Positions 1 to 11,857 of a stretch of 64,000 nucleotides of DNA are shown here, piece by piece; the stretch's first letter is position 1, and every line of letters starts with the position of its first letter. Position numbers and translations under genes: made by a program. The DNA is from Albugo candida (taxonomy: Eukaryota), in assembly GCA_040437565.1 (NCBI GenBank), contig JBDOQK010000002.1, forward strand, positions 682,001-746,000. The letters are read 5' to 3'. The notes beneath the pieces are model-generated. The model saw nothing but the letters and a program-made list of their open reading frames with translations. It did no database searches and had not been told where the DNA came from.

Positions 1-25
1 AGATGAGTCTATTGTACATTTAAAG

Positions 26-1349
26 TGAACAATATGATCGCCAGAGGACTGCAAGGAGTAGATTTTATGGTGTGCAACACTGATGCGCAGCATCTGCAGA
101 CAACATTGACAGAGAATCGAGTACAAATGGGTCCCAAATTGACTGGAGGTCTAGGCTGTGGAGCCAATCCCGAGCTGGGGTACTGTGCTGTCAAAAAGTA
201 GCAAGTTACATCAAGTTCTTACACCCCTTCTAGTCGGGAAGCTGCTGAAGCTGCTATAAATGAAATTCTGGAGCGGATTGATGGATTCAATATGGTCAGA
301 ATAGAATCCTTGTAAAGCTGGTACCTCTGGACTCAATGTAAAATATATAGATGTTTGTGACGGCTGGCATGGGTGGCGGCACAGGAACGGGAGCTGCTCC
401 AGTCATCGCGAGAGCTGCAATGGACGCGGGGATCTTAACTGTTGGAGTCGTTACCAAGGTACCTAGTTCAAATAAAGTCGAGTCAGCCTACAAGCTCAGC
501 TTTTACACTATGATAGCCATTCCGTTTCGAAGGAACACATCGGGGAAAGTTGGCGGAATCGGGACTGCTGGAGCTCAAACAGAGTGTCGATAGCTTGATA
601 GTCATTCCAAATCAGAATCTGTTCAATGTATCGACTGCACAAACATCATTGATGGATGCTTTTAGGTGCGCCATGACATCACCAATCAAGTTGAATCGGA
701 TGAGTAATTTGGTGTGATTATAGGCTCGCGGATGATGTGCTTTTGGCAGGAGTAAAGAATATTTCCGATCTCATGGTCATGCCCGGGCTGATCAATCTGG
801 ATTTTGCAGACATTCAATCAGTATATCCGCGAGTGTCACAAGCGAATCGTACATTTGACAGCTTGTATGTTAGGTCATGTCAAACATGGGAATCGCCATG
901 ATGGGAAGCGGAGAAGCTGAAGGTGAAAATCGGTAAGATCATCGACAGCATCTTTTCTTTCATTCATTGTACGGTTCAGTGCTCTACTTGCCGCCGAAGC
1001 TGCGCTAGCAAATCCGCTTTTAGGCGATATTTCAATCAAGGTATCGTTTTCATACAATCGAAGAAAAGCTCACTTTGAAAGCCGTCCTAGGATGCGAAAG
1101 GAATGCTCGTCAATATCACAGGCGGTTCAGATTTGACATTGTTTGAAGTCGATGAAGCAGCTGAGCGTGTCACGCGAGTAAGCTGTTGCGCTTTCTGGGT
1201 ACATCTGACTGTGGCTAATTTTGAATTACAAGGAAATTGAGGATCCGCACGCGAATATCATTTTTGGATCAAGCTTTGATGAGTCTTTAAACGGGAAACT
1301 ACGCACATCCATAGTAGCAACAGGAATGTCGGACCTGGATAAAAAATGA
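26..1349 (+). CDS. ftsZ: FtsZ, mitochondrial/alphaproteobacterial-type, multi-exon, 5' end outside window
   Basis: Spliced exons read [24 protein letters not shown]...[11 protein letters not shown], the tubulin signature [50 protein letters not shown] and ANIIFG...[13 protein letters not shown] (TGA 1347-1349). Introns are short GT-AG. Confidence 0.95.
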
Positions 1350-1380
1350 TATTAACGCAATCGAGTTTAACAGTATACAT

Positions 1381-2199
1381 TTACAACGTGAAGCTATGCT
1401 GAGTTCCCATAGACAATCGTGACGAGTCACTGGAGAGTGATTCATACGCAAGCCACATGCTACTGAGGCGTTCCATGATATCTGCTGTTGTGCAGGCAGC
1501 ACCTTCGGGAATGACGACTTCTCTCATGGCTTGCTCTAATGGAAGTGCATCATCATGACACTTTTCGCTGCTGCTTTCGAACATATTGTTGGAGACGAAG
1601 CTAACTTCTTCTGTGGTACCTTCAGAGCTCTGACTGTGAGAATCACGATCACTTTCTGCTCGGGAAAATTCAATCTGGTTCGACTCCGGCTCTTTCAAAG
1701 CTTCGCTCTTGTTGCGATAGCATTGATGCAAGCAAAAAGTCGATTGAATTTTACAAAGATCTGATGTACCAACAGGTTGCGCTCCTCGAAGCAAAAATGC
1801 ACGCAGCACTTCTCTTACTCGCAGACCACAATTCCTACATTCGGATGTCTCTCCAAGAAAAACGATCTGGACGAGCGATCGGAGAAACTCCTGAAGCACT
1901 GCGACACGTTTACGTACATTTCGATTGGTTCGAAAAAGGCTTTTATTTGGAAATGACATTTCCATCAGATGATTTGTGAAAATCACGCAACCGGGGCAAT
2001 GAGATCCTTCGTGTATAGCTGACAAAAGATCCTGCCGAAGTTGATGGAATTGTGAGTAGCGGCGATTGATGGTCCATTCCTGCTGTGTGGGGTGCACAAC
2101 CACCGAAATGCTATACAGAGTATGCGTCGGGCGATTCAGAGCAGCTGGTATAAACACTTGCACATTTTGCGCATGCTTTTCAGAAAGTGTTTGTCGCAT
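1381..2199 (-). CDS. PX (Phox homology) domain protein
   Basis: 272-aa intronless ORF with HTLYSI...WTINRRYSQFHQLRQDL, FPNKSLF and RVAVLQEFL, which are typical PX motifs. Confidence 0.8.
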   Translation of the reverse strand: MRQTLSEKHAQNVQVFIPAALNRPTHTLYSISVVVHPTQQEWTINRRYSQFHQLRQDLLSAIHEGSHCPGCVIFTNHLMEMSFPNKSLFRTNRNVRKRVAVLQEFLRSLVQIVFLGETSECRNCGLRVREVLRAFLLRGAQPVGTSDLCKIQSTFCLHQCYRNKSEALKEPESNQIEFSRAESDRDSHSQSSEGTTEEVSFVSNNMFESSSEKCHDDALPLEQAMREVVIPEGAACTTADIMERLSSMWLAYESLSSDSSRLSMGTQHSFTL

Positions 2200-2365
2200 T
2201 TTCTTCGAGCGGATTAAATGTGTCCTACTCAGCTAAAGCGCAAATGTAGCCAGCCATAAAACGCTNNNNNNNNNNNNNNNNNNNNNNNNNNNNNNNNNNN
2301 NNNNNNNNNNNNNNNNNNNNNNNNNNNNNNNNNNNNNNNNNNNNNNNNNNNNNNNNNNNNNNNNN

Positions 2366-2702
2366 TCGAAAAAGGCTTTTATTTGGAAATGACATTTCCA
2401 TCAGATGATTTGTGAAAATCACGCAACCGGGGCAATGAGATCCTTCGTGTATAGCTGACAAAAGATCCTGCCGAAGTTGATGGAATTGTGAGTAGCGGCG
2501 ATTGATGGTCCATTCCTGCTGTGTGGGGTGCACAACCACCGAAATGCTATACAGAGTATGCGTCGGGCGATTCAGAGCAGCTGGTATAAACACTTGCACA
2601 TTTTGCGCATGCTTTTCAGAAAGTGTTTGTCGCATTTTCTTCGAGCGGATTAAATGTGTCCTACTCAGCTAAAGCGCAAATGTAGCCAGCCATAAAACGC
2701 TT
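2366..2702. repeat. Gap-flanking duplicate of about 1930-2265 (5' part of the PX gene); probable assembly overlap
   Basis: Same sequence on both sides of the 100-N gap at 2266-2365. Confidence 0.9.
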
Positions 2703-3042
2703 TGGTCAACTGACTCCTCGTTTGATTTATTTTATCCGTCAGATGTAATAATAGATTCCGGTGGACATATAGAGGAGACAAATCTTTCCATGTTAAAAAC
2801 GTTCAGTGCGGTTGAGGTCGTTATGAAGAAATCCTTTTACTCCAAGCACAATAATTATTATTAGAAGGAGACGCCTTGGAGGGCAGTCGTTACACTAATG
2901 GATACGAATGAAATCGATGAAATCGATTTACTTCTGGAATTCGATGGCTAGGCTTAGGTCGTAAGTGTAATATAGGATGCTAACAGATTTATTTTTGTAA
3001 ATTTAGCAGCCATTATTGTGTGGCCTTCTACGTGTCGTTCGG

Positions 3043-4503
3043 ATGGCATTTGTTTCGATTGCGGTAGCTCTGCAGCTATGGATGTGTGTGTATCACCATG
3101 TCCAGGGAGAATTGATCAGTCATCTTTCGTTTGACAAACCCTTTCAGGACATTTCTTCCGATAAAACGCGCCGAATAAATGGAAATTGGGAAGTTGGAGG
3201 TTCCACACAGGTGAATCGCCATTTTGTGCGTCTGACTCCCGACCGTCAGCGAAAAGACGGGTACATTTGGTCGAAGGAACCGATCAAGCAGCACGAATTT
3301 TCAATTATATTGACATTTCGAATCAGCGGGCAATCAGCGAGGTTGTTTGGAGACGCGCTCTCATTGTGGGTCACCACTGAACCCAAGCATACACATGGCT
3401 ACAATCATGGATTCAAAGAAAGATACACGGGTTCGTTTTTTTCTTTTTCTGACTCACTTGTGTGATTTGACACTGCGAACAGGCTTTGGCGTTATCGTCG
3501 ATACGTATCACAATGCTGAGGATAAAGAGCACAAAGATGTATTCTTACAAGTGAATGATGGCTCAAAAGTATTGGATGATCCAACCAAAGAAACAAAGGG
3601 AGGCTGTATGGCGTCGGGTGTGCGATATAACGAGAAGCACGCATCTTTTTCTCCATCGCAAAATATGTCCCGAATCAAAGTGCAGTACCGCGAGAATCGT
3701 GTGACCATTTCCTTGGATGAAGGCAATGATGGTGTTTGGAGGCACTGTCATGAGGCAACTGTGGCCTTACCTCAGGGCTGGACCGAGCATGCGACATTGG
3801 GGCTTACAGCTACCACAGGAGCTCTGGCAAATAATCATGATGTCATCTCCCTCAAAATCTACGAGTAAGTCAATTATTTGCGTTGAGTAAATCTTTATTG
3901 ATTTTATTTCTCTTTAAAGCGCTTTTGACGACGAGGGTCATACTGCTCACGACGTAAAATCAAGCCAGACAAAAGCCCACGACCCTGACGCTGTCCAGCC
4001 TTACGAGGACCTCGATGCACGTCTGCAACAGTTGGCGCGCAAGTATAAAATGCTTTTGGAGAACTTTGAGCACCAATTTACAGGTACTTGCTACATCATT
4101 TATAAAATCTTGACAAATCCATACAATGCAACTCGCTTGTGATATGTAGCCTTAAAAGAATCTACAGAAAATTCGGTCAAGAAGCTTAAAGAGCAGGAAG
4201 AGCGTGATCAACGCCAAATTGCCGCGTTGGAGAGTTGGATTCACAATCGGGTTCGTTTTGTGAATAACTGCTCACATAGATATTTGCTAACATAGCTGCG
4301 ATTAGGTCGAGACTCGTATTGATAGTACGGTGGACGCTGTTCGTGATCAAGCTGCCGAAAAGCTTCAAGAAACAATCCACGAAACTACCAAGAAATCTGG
4401 AGGATGGAAGACACCATTTATCTTGTTTTTGCTTTCTTTAGCTGGCGTTATTACGTTTACGTACAAGAAATATCAGGAGCTTCGTAAATCGCATCTCCTA
4501 TAG
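3043..4503 (+). CDS. L-type (legume-like) lectin, VIP36/ERGIC-53-like secretory cargo receptor, multi-exon
   Basis: Signal peptide (MAFVSIAVALQLWMCV), VRLTPDRQRKDGYIWS, FGDALSLW, GFGVIVDTYHN, ATTGALANNHDVISL, coiled coil, C-terminal TM helix and tail KKYQELRKSHLL* (TAG 4501-4503). Confidence 0.88.
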
Positions 4504-4613
4504 AGGTCGACTGCATTGATTGAATACCACAAGAGAGATTCATGCGATTTTTTTTTTTTTAAAATTGTGTGTGTACATCGCTTTAGACTTGTGCACATAA
4601 ATTAAGAGTCCGC

Positions 4614-5321
4614 ATGGGTAATGTCAAACCATCCAAAAAGCAGCGCCAGAAGCTGAAAGCAGCAGCTCATAAATCGAAAGTCACAAATGAAAAACAAGTG
4701 CAGAATGATGGGCATGCAATGCTCGATGACGATCAATCCGTCCAAATCGTCAAACCATCAATACAAGTGAAAACAAACAAACAAAAAAGTAAAATTATGA
4801 GAGCAACCGGCAAAAATGCAACATCACCTGAAATGATACAATCTGTCCAGTACTATCTCGATCAATGGAAAAGGAAAAGCACAGTTGAGAATGATTCCAC
4901 TGCATGGAAATTTAAAGTAGGAAACCCACAAGTCCTTCACCGGTTAGTTGAGTCTTTCTGTCTTAGAAAGTAAAGCAGGAGTGGATTCTGAGGTGGATGT
5001 ATGAGATCAGTATAGTACGTTACTATCGCTCGATATGAGCCAACCTCTAAGTTATCCCCATCAGGTTCCGAAATCGATGTTTGCAGATATTTTGGCATAT
5101 TTGCAAGGGATCGAAGGTGTCGCAAGAGAGGTATTTACTGGCAGAGTTTAAAGTGTTCTCACTCAAACTTTTGGATTCATTAGCGAGTTAATGAGGGAGC
5201 TAACAGAATAATCGATTTGGGGGAACCAAAAAAGCAGGAGGCAGAGCAGAATCGGTCCGAGAAGCTTGCTCGGAGAAAATATAAACGCGCGCTCCAAGTT
5301 GCTGAAGCATTAGCTACATAA
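4614..5321 (+). CDS. WKF-domain (C7orf50-like) protein, multi-exon
   Basis: Lys-rich N-terminus, then YYLDQWKR...AWKFK, a spliced KVKQEWILRWMYE exon, and a final exon ending KYKRALQVAEALAT*. Confidence 0.7.
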
Positions 5322-5339
5322 TCGCGCCTCTGGTCTAGT

Positions 5340-7171
5340 CTATTTAGAATAAAGCTGATCTTTTATTTCTGCTCGAAGCTTTATTGATGCCATGCGATCG
5401 TTTATCATGCTACAGAATGTTTCAGCAGGTACAAATGCTAACGAACCATTTTTCAGCTGTAAAAGTATCCCGTCCATCTCCACACGAACAAACCACTTTC
5501 CATCCTCTCTTTCTAGCAGTTGAAATGTGATTGCGGTACCATAGTCCGGCCACCACGATTTATCCCCAACCATAGCAGCACCGAGGAAATGCAAAATCGC
5601 AAGAAGTGTCACGTCGTGACCACTATATGCAATCAGGCGAGCACTGGAATCGATAGAATGATTGATAGTTTGCAGNNNNNNNNNNNNNNNNNNNNNNNNN
5701 NNNNNNNNNNNNNNNNNNNNNNNNNNNNNNNNNNNNNNNNNNNNNNNNNNNNNNNNNNNNNNNNNNNNNNNNNNNCCACCACGATTTATCCCCAACCATA
5801 GCAGCACCGAGGAAATGCAAAATCGCAAGAAGTGTCACGTCGTGACCACTATATGCAATCAGGCGAGCACTGGAATCGATAGAATGATTGATAGTTTGCA
5901 GAACCTGCAATTATCCAGGATTTTGTTTGAGCGAGTTCACTTTACAACAAAGGCCATAATCACTTACATAGGCGTATATTTGTTCCATAATCCCACCGGC
6001 GACAAGATAGAGAATTTTCGGATCGGAATAAAACTGGCAAAGAGAAGCATCAAACGGCTTCCACATGTAGCAAAATGCTCACCCGTTGGAATCTAAAACT
6101 TAGATGCTCCATGGTCTCACGATGACAGTCTTCAATGCCAGAAAGACGCGACATTTTGTGTGAGATACGACACGTGTAATAATCGGCAGCAATCATCCAC
6201 ACGAATTTGTGCTTCATTTGGCTGAAAATCGGCAATACACCACACAACTGTTCTTTGATAGGCTTCATTTCTGCTTCTCGAAATCGAAGTTCGGAATCCG
6301 TTGTCTCCATTGTTGCCTTCATCGCAACCAATTGCGAATAGAAAGAATATCCTGCGAAAAAGAGCATCTCGGTCACGAATTAAGCGTGGTAATGTACTTT
6401 ACTGTTGAGAAAATCTTGATCAATCGGCAATAGGTTGATCTGAAGTGGAAAAAGCTTCTTCTCAGCGTGTAAGAGCCCAAGAAGAAGCGCCTTGACGCTC
6501 AGCTGTGTACGTTCATGCGAGTTTGCAAATACCATTACATTTTCAGGATCAAGTTGAGAAAAGAATGTGCCTTCAACATCTTGCGGGTCAAGATTCTGTC
6601 TCTATGCAGAGCTTTGAGTATAATACAAGGAGAGAGATCACCGCATACCAACTGCACACCACGCTCTATCATCTGTTCCATTCCGATCGACGTAAGGCGA
6701 CCAAACTCACTCGAGGGTAATCGATTAGGTACACTTTGGGGCGTTTGGCTCGCCAAGACATACTTGCCGCACAAATCTGACAGAACTGCATCTGATGGAA
6801 GTTTTGTTAGCCACCGCTTGGCTTCGCGTTGCTCTTCCATTTTGTGTCCGGCAAAGACATTCCATAAAGGCGTTCGATCGCCATGACGATGGACGATTTG
6901 AACTTGACGAAGTCGATAGCGCATTCCTATTCTCGAGTGATACACACTACCTCAGGCNNNNNNNNNNNNNNNNNNNNNNNNNNNNNNNNNNNNNNNNNNN
7001 NNNNNNNNNNNNNNNNNNNNNNNNNNNNNNNNNNNNNNNNNNNNNNNNNNNNNNNNNCCACCGCTTGGCTTCGCGTTGCTCTTCCATTTTGTGTCCGGCA
7101 AAGACATTCCATAAAGGCGTTCGATCGCCATGACGATGGACGATTTGAACTTGACGAAGTCGATAGCGCAT
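5340..7171 (-). CDS. Histidine acid phosphatase (branch 2), multi-exon, interrupted by two gap duplications
   Basis: Catalytic VQIVHRHGDRTP, GRLTSIGMEQM and C-terminal YSGHDVTL / WWPDYGTAITFQL. Start codon uncertain. Confidence 0.88.
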
Positions 7172-7301
7172 TCCAATTCTTGAGTGGTGCACACTACCTC
7201 AGGCGGTGGTCCGCACGAGATCATGAAACGTCGTGACGATGCTGCAATCTGCAACGGAAAATTCGATACTCTGAGCTACAGACTCATTACTTTGCGCTGT
7301 C

Positions 7302-9666
7302 ATGCCACCACCTAGCAAAAGGGCTCTTGTCAAAAGCATTCAGCAGTGCTATGAGCAGGTACATTCCATTTTGGCGTGAAAATTCGCATTTTGATTTATT
7401 GGCATGCTAGGAAAGATGCACCCTTCTATTAGACTTGGAAAGTATGCGAAAGCAATGTTTGAAAAAGGATCAGGACGCTCAAAAACTGGCTGCAATCACT
7501 AGTCAACATACACTTCAATTAAAACGAGAAATCGCTGCATTGCAAAAGTCTCTTACGTCTATTACAAAGGAGAGTCAGGAATTACGAGAGAAGTACTCCC
7601 ACACGAGCTCGCTTTTGGAGACAGCAATGGACCAGCATGAGAAAGATAAGCATTGGATTGTAGAACTTACGGAGCGTAATCGCAACATACATCTAGGACA
7701 ACAAGAAGCGTTAGAAATAGTGAATAATCAGAATGCGCTTCCCGTGAAAGAAGCTCATAGGGAAAAATATCGTCTTCGCGAGCGGGTTGATAATTTACGA
7801 CTGCAACTGGATAAAGAAAGAAAAGAGTTGCGTCACGTTCGAGCTACATTGAGTGACAAATTAGAGAAAAGCGAGCTGAGAGTAAAAGTATTAGACAAGC
7901 AAATTAATGAGTCTCAACACCGGGAGAAGGTCAGCCATAAAATGAAGGAAAAAGCAGTGGGAGAAGCCTCAGAGTACGAGAGGAAGGTTTTGCTATTATC
8001 GGACGAAGTCAATATTGCGCTTCACTCCAATAAGGAGATGCAAATGCGTCACTTGGAAGCTGCGATGGAAAAGCAGAAAGCTTTAGACCAAGAAGTTTGC
8101 TCTCACCGTCAAACATCTGAATGTCGACAGATGGCTCAAGAAGAAGGCAGGATGTGGATTTACGCGTACCACCTAGCAAAAACACAGAGGGATCAATGCA
8201 TCGAAACAATCGAAGAGCTTAGGCATCAACAGGAGCGCGCGCTGTTTAGAAAGAATGAACGCATCACAGAGCTTGAGGCCAAATTGGAAGAAAATCAAAT
8301 GACATGTCGACGCTGTACAAAAAGCCAGGAGAAATGTGAGAAAGATGAACGAATGCTTGCGGATAAGGCACGAGGTGAAATCAAAATGGAAGTGCAAGTG
8401 GAGCTACAAAAAGAAAATTGGACTCAGTATCAACAACTCATCGACAAATACATGAACATGTGTCAGCAACTGCAAGCACTCAGCAATGATTTTGATGGTT
8501 TGATTCACAAAAAAAACACGTTGATGATAGAGCTCGAGCAGCGTCGCAAGCAAGAAGACTACTACCTGCAGCAAGTCGCGCGAGCGCAGCAGCAACTGGC
8601 TCAGTCAGAAGAACGATCTTGCACGATACTTGATGGCCATCGCCAACAGGAGAAAGCAGTACAAAGCTTGCTGCTCAAGGTGGACAGCTTGACGACTTTG
8701 GTGAGGCACCTTCAGTCTAATGTATGATTCCTATGTCTTAAGTGCTTCAATTAGACACAGACACAATTTCAACGAATTCAGGAACTTGACAACGGTAAAT
8801 CTCTTACGGTGAGCATTACAGTGTGACCTTGCACGCAGAATATTTTCAAGATCAAGTTGCGTAGATTGCACAAAGCCAAGAAAGTATCCAAGCCTTGCAA
8901 TCTGAGCGTGATGCCATTCGTCATGAGAAGGAAGCTTATCAAACAAGATTAAGTGCTTTGGAATGTAATTTGGAGGCGCTCTCTGCAGAACGAGATGCCA
9001 TTCGTACTGAGATGGAAATTGCTGAAACAAGAGAAAATTCTTTTAGAGGCGAGGTAGAGGCTCTGTCAGAAGAGCGAAATGCACTTGTGGCCGAGAAAGA
9101 AGCTCTTGAAATTGCACACCGAGGAGAAATTGAATCGTACAAACTAAAGCAGCAGCAGACTTTGGAACAAATGAAAGATCTGATAGCGGTGCAGCAGCGT
9201 TCCGAATTTTCTCTCGAGGTTTGATGAATATTCACGCCCACAATATCGAAATAACCTTCCCTTTTAGGAGCGGAAGCAAACCATTGAACAGCTGCTAGAA
9301 GCAAAAGATCTTCTCCAGCAGCAAGTTGCAGTCGCGAAAGCTGCGATCGTCGGTGATGAAATGCTCACCCCGAAACACAGATTGCGAAAGATACACCACA
9401 TCCATGAGTCAAGTGTCTCAGAATGGAGGGAGAAAATGATCAAGGTTCGTCAAAAGTACAAGAAGAGAATCGCTTTCTTACAAAAGCAGCTCAACGCACT
9501 TGAGAGCAAAATCAAAGACCTTGAGCAGCTGTTACGCGATCAGGCACAAACCATTCACGAGCTCACTCTACAAGAAGAGTATTCAGAATTTTCGGATGAT
9601 CCAATCGACTTTGCATCATCATACAGCAGAAACTCTTCCGCTTACCCATTCTCATCGTTGCAGTGA
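7302..9666 (+). CDS. Long coiled-coil protein of unknown function, multi-exon
   Basis: First exon MPPPSKRALVKSIQQCYEQ splices into ORF 7435-8727, followed by exons near 8895-9218 and 9270-9666. E/K/Q/L-rich heptad pattern throughout. Confidence 0.75.
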
Positions 9667-11347
9667 TTGTTCGTGCTGCTTGATTGCAAAGTAGTCTAGC
9701 CAAATTCTCATCTGAGCAAAGTCATTCATACGAATGTCAAATTTTGCCTTATTTCGAGGCAGGGAAGAACCGTTTTCAAGTTATGCAAAACGTGTAAGGG
9801 TATGACTTGCTGAAATGCTGGTTTTCTCTTTGACATGATAGTCTAATTGATGAGTTCCGCAATAAAGTAATCTAAGAAATACTTTATCTACAGCAGATTT
9901 ACAGACTTCTTAGTGATGGTAGTTCAGGCAAAGCGCTTGAAGAGCTTCCAATGGACATTTTTTGGGTGCGTTGCTGTCATTATCTTCTCCGATGCTGAAA
10001 ATGTCACTGTTGCTGCTTATCAAGCCGTCAGATCATGTCAACATGTCGAAGAATGTCGCTTAATTGGATGGTGATTATGAAGATAGCAAATGCTTCGAAT
10101 TCCTATATTGGAATCGGGCAGTTGCTCACTCGGTGCCTCGGTGAGTGCTAGCTCATCAAAATTTCCGCAGTGATAATGGGTCCAATTGCTCAAGGGATTC
10201 TACGATTTATAATAGCTTTCACGCTTGCAATAGGTTGATAATTTGATTGTTTATTCGATGTGAATCTTCGTTGGTCCATCAATGCCATTTAAAATCTTTC
10301 GCAGCAAAACGTGAGGGATAATAACCTTCGGATTAGCATTGATACCAACATCCCCAGTTATAGAAAAAATGGTCTTTGGTATAAGCACATTACTAATTTC
10401 TTTAGAAGAAGATTATGTCCATAGCTGAACAGAAGCATTTGTATTAGCACATCCACTTCCTCCAAACGTCTGTTGAGAATGTGTGTGCCTTTGTCCGAAG
10501 GCGCCGAGTGATCCGTGTATAAATTAACATTTCATGTAGTAAAAGCGATTTCAAGAGATATTCTCTCTTTGTTATTGACATCTTCGGACGTCGTGTTCTT
10601 GCCTCCATTCAAACTTGCTCTATTGACGCTTTGCACTTTGCTTCATATCTTCGCTTACCGGACACTTTAAAGGGATCACGTAATTTTTCCGATTAGCTTT
10701 TCTGAAACCGTTTAGAGATCCTATATATTATACCTCAGATGCAGTAAAACGGAAGGCATCAAAGACAATTTTGCAATACTTAAGATTAAAACCTGAGGTG
10801 TTAACCTAATATGCTTTATTTATAATGAAGCTGATCGTAGCGGCTGATTGGTATTATTTCACTGTCTAATGAAATTTTGATGCGTAGGAATGAGTGTAAC
10901 GCAAAACATCAGCGCAATGAGAAGGGTATGTGACTCAAGTAATATCTTGAAGTTTCTTTGGTCTACCTCCTAGGTGTGTAATCTGATTAATGGTCAAGTT
11001 TCGACCCGGTCCAGTATGACTAGAGAGTCATGAATAGGACTGTGGTATGTAGCAAAAAATAGAAGGAAATAGCTGTATAGTATACGTGCATCTCTTGCAT
11101 GCGCGCCCCGTGCCGACTACGATACTACCTCATATTGGTTTGAATTATGCAAAGGTAGCCAATCATCTCTCGCGTTCTACTGTCAGCTGAATAAAAAAGC
11201 ATCGGCTCTACCCCACCCCTGCTGATTGTGACTCAAACAGCAGCATTGACTCAACCCTTATGATCTTCTGAGTCACTATGACGCTCGAACGAGCGGTTTC
11301 TTCAAATTGATTTACGTGTCACGTATATTTGGCAGTTCAAAGTACCT

Positions 11348-11393
11348 TCTCATTGACAATTCTATCCATTACAAAGTTGACCATTGACAATTC
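11348..11393 (+). promoter_or_regulatory. Candidate oomycete Inr/FPR-like core promoter (CATTGACAATTC twice) upstream of the NADPH oxidase; duplicated at about 11762-11807
   Basis: Resembles the oomycete TCATTYYNCAWTTT initiator/flanking motif and lies 50-95 nt upstream of the ATG. The match is imperfect. Confidence 0.35.
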
Positions 11394-11857
11394 ACGTGAA
11401 ACCACATATATTCGCGTCCCTTGCTGGAGATATAAAAACGTGAATGAAAAACCACGGAAAATCTGGCTTCTCACAGCATTGCAATACCGATAACTCTCCT
11501 GCTGAGAACTTTGTAGAATTGTCGGTGAATACGACTAAAGCAACGCCATACAGCTATGGAGTCTCCATTCAGCCAATAAAGGAAGGCAGAGTAGGGCATA
11601 AAGNNNNNNNNNNNNNNNNNNNNNNNNNNNNNNNNNNNNNNNNNNNNNNNNNNNNNNNNNNNNNNNNNNNNNNNNNNNNNNNNNNNNNNNNNNNNNNNNN
11701 NNNCGAGCGGTTTCTTCAAATTGATTTACGTGTCACGTATATTTGGCAGTTCAAAGTACCTTCTCATTGACAATTCTATCCATTACAAAGTTGACCATTG
11801 ACAATTCACGTGAAACCACATATATTCGCGTCCCTTGCTGGAGATATAAAAACGTGA

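Noticed and set aside
1..1349. Bacterial contamination or recent horizontal transfer suggested by ftsZ (and by the bacterial-type HisRS)
   Set aside because: Both genes carry many spliceosomal introns and sit among eukaryotic genes; endosymbiotic origin explains them.
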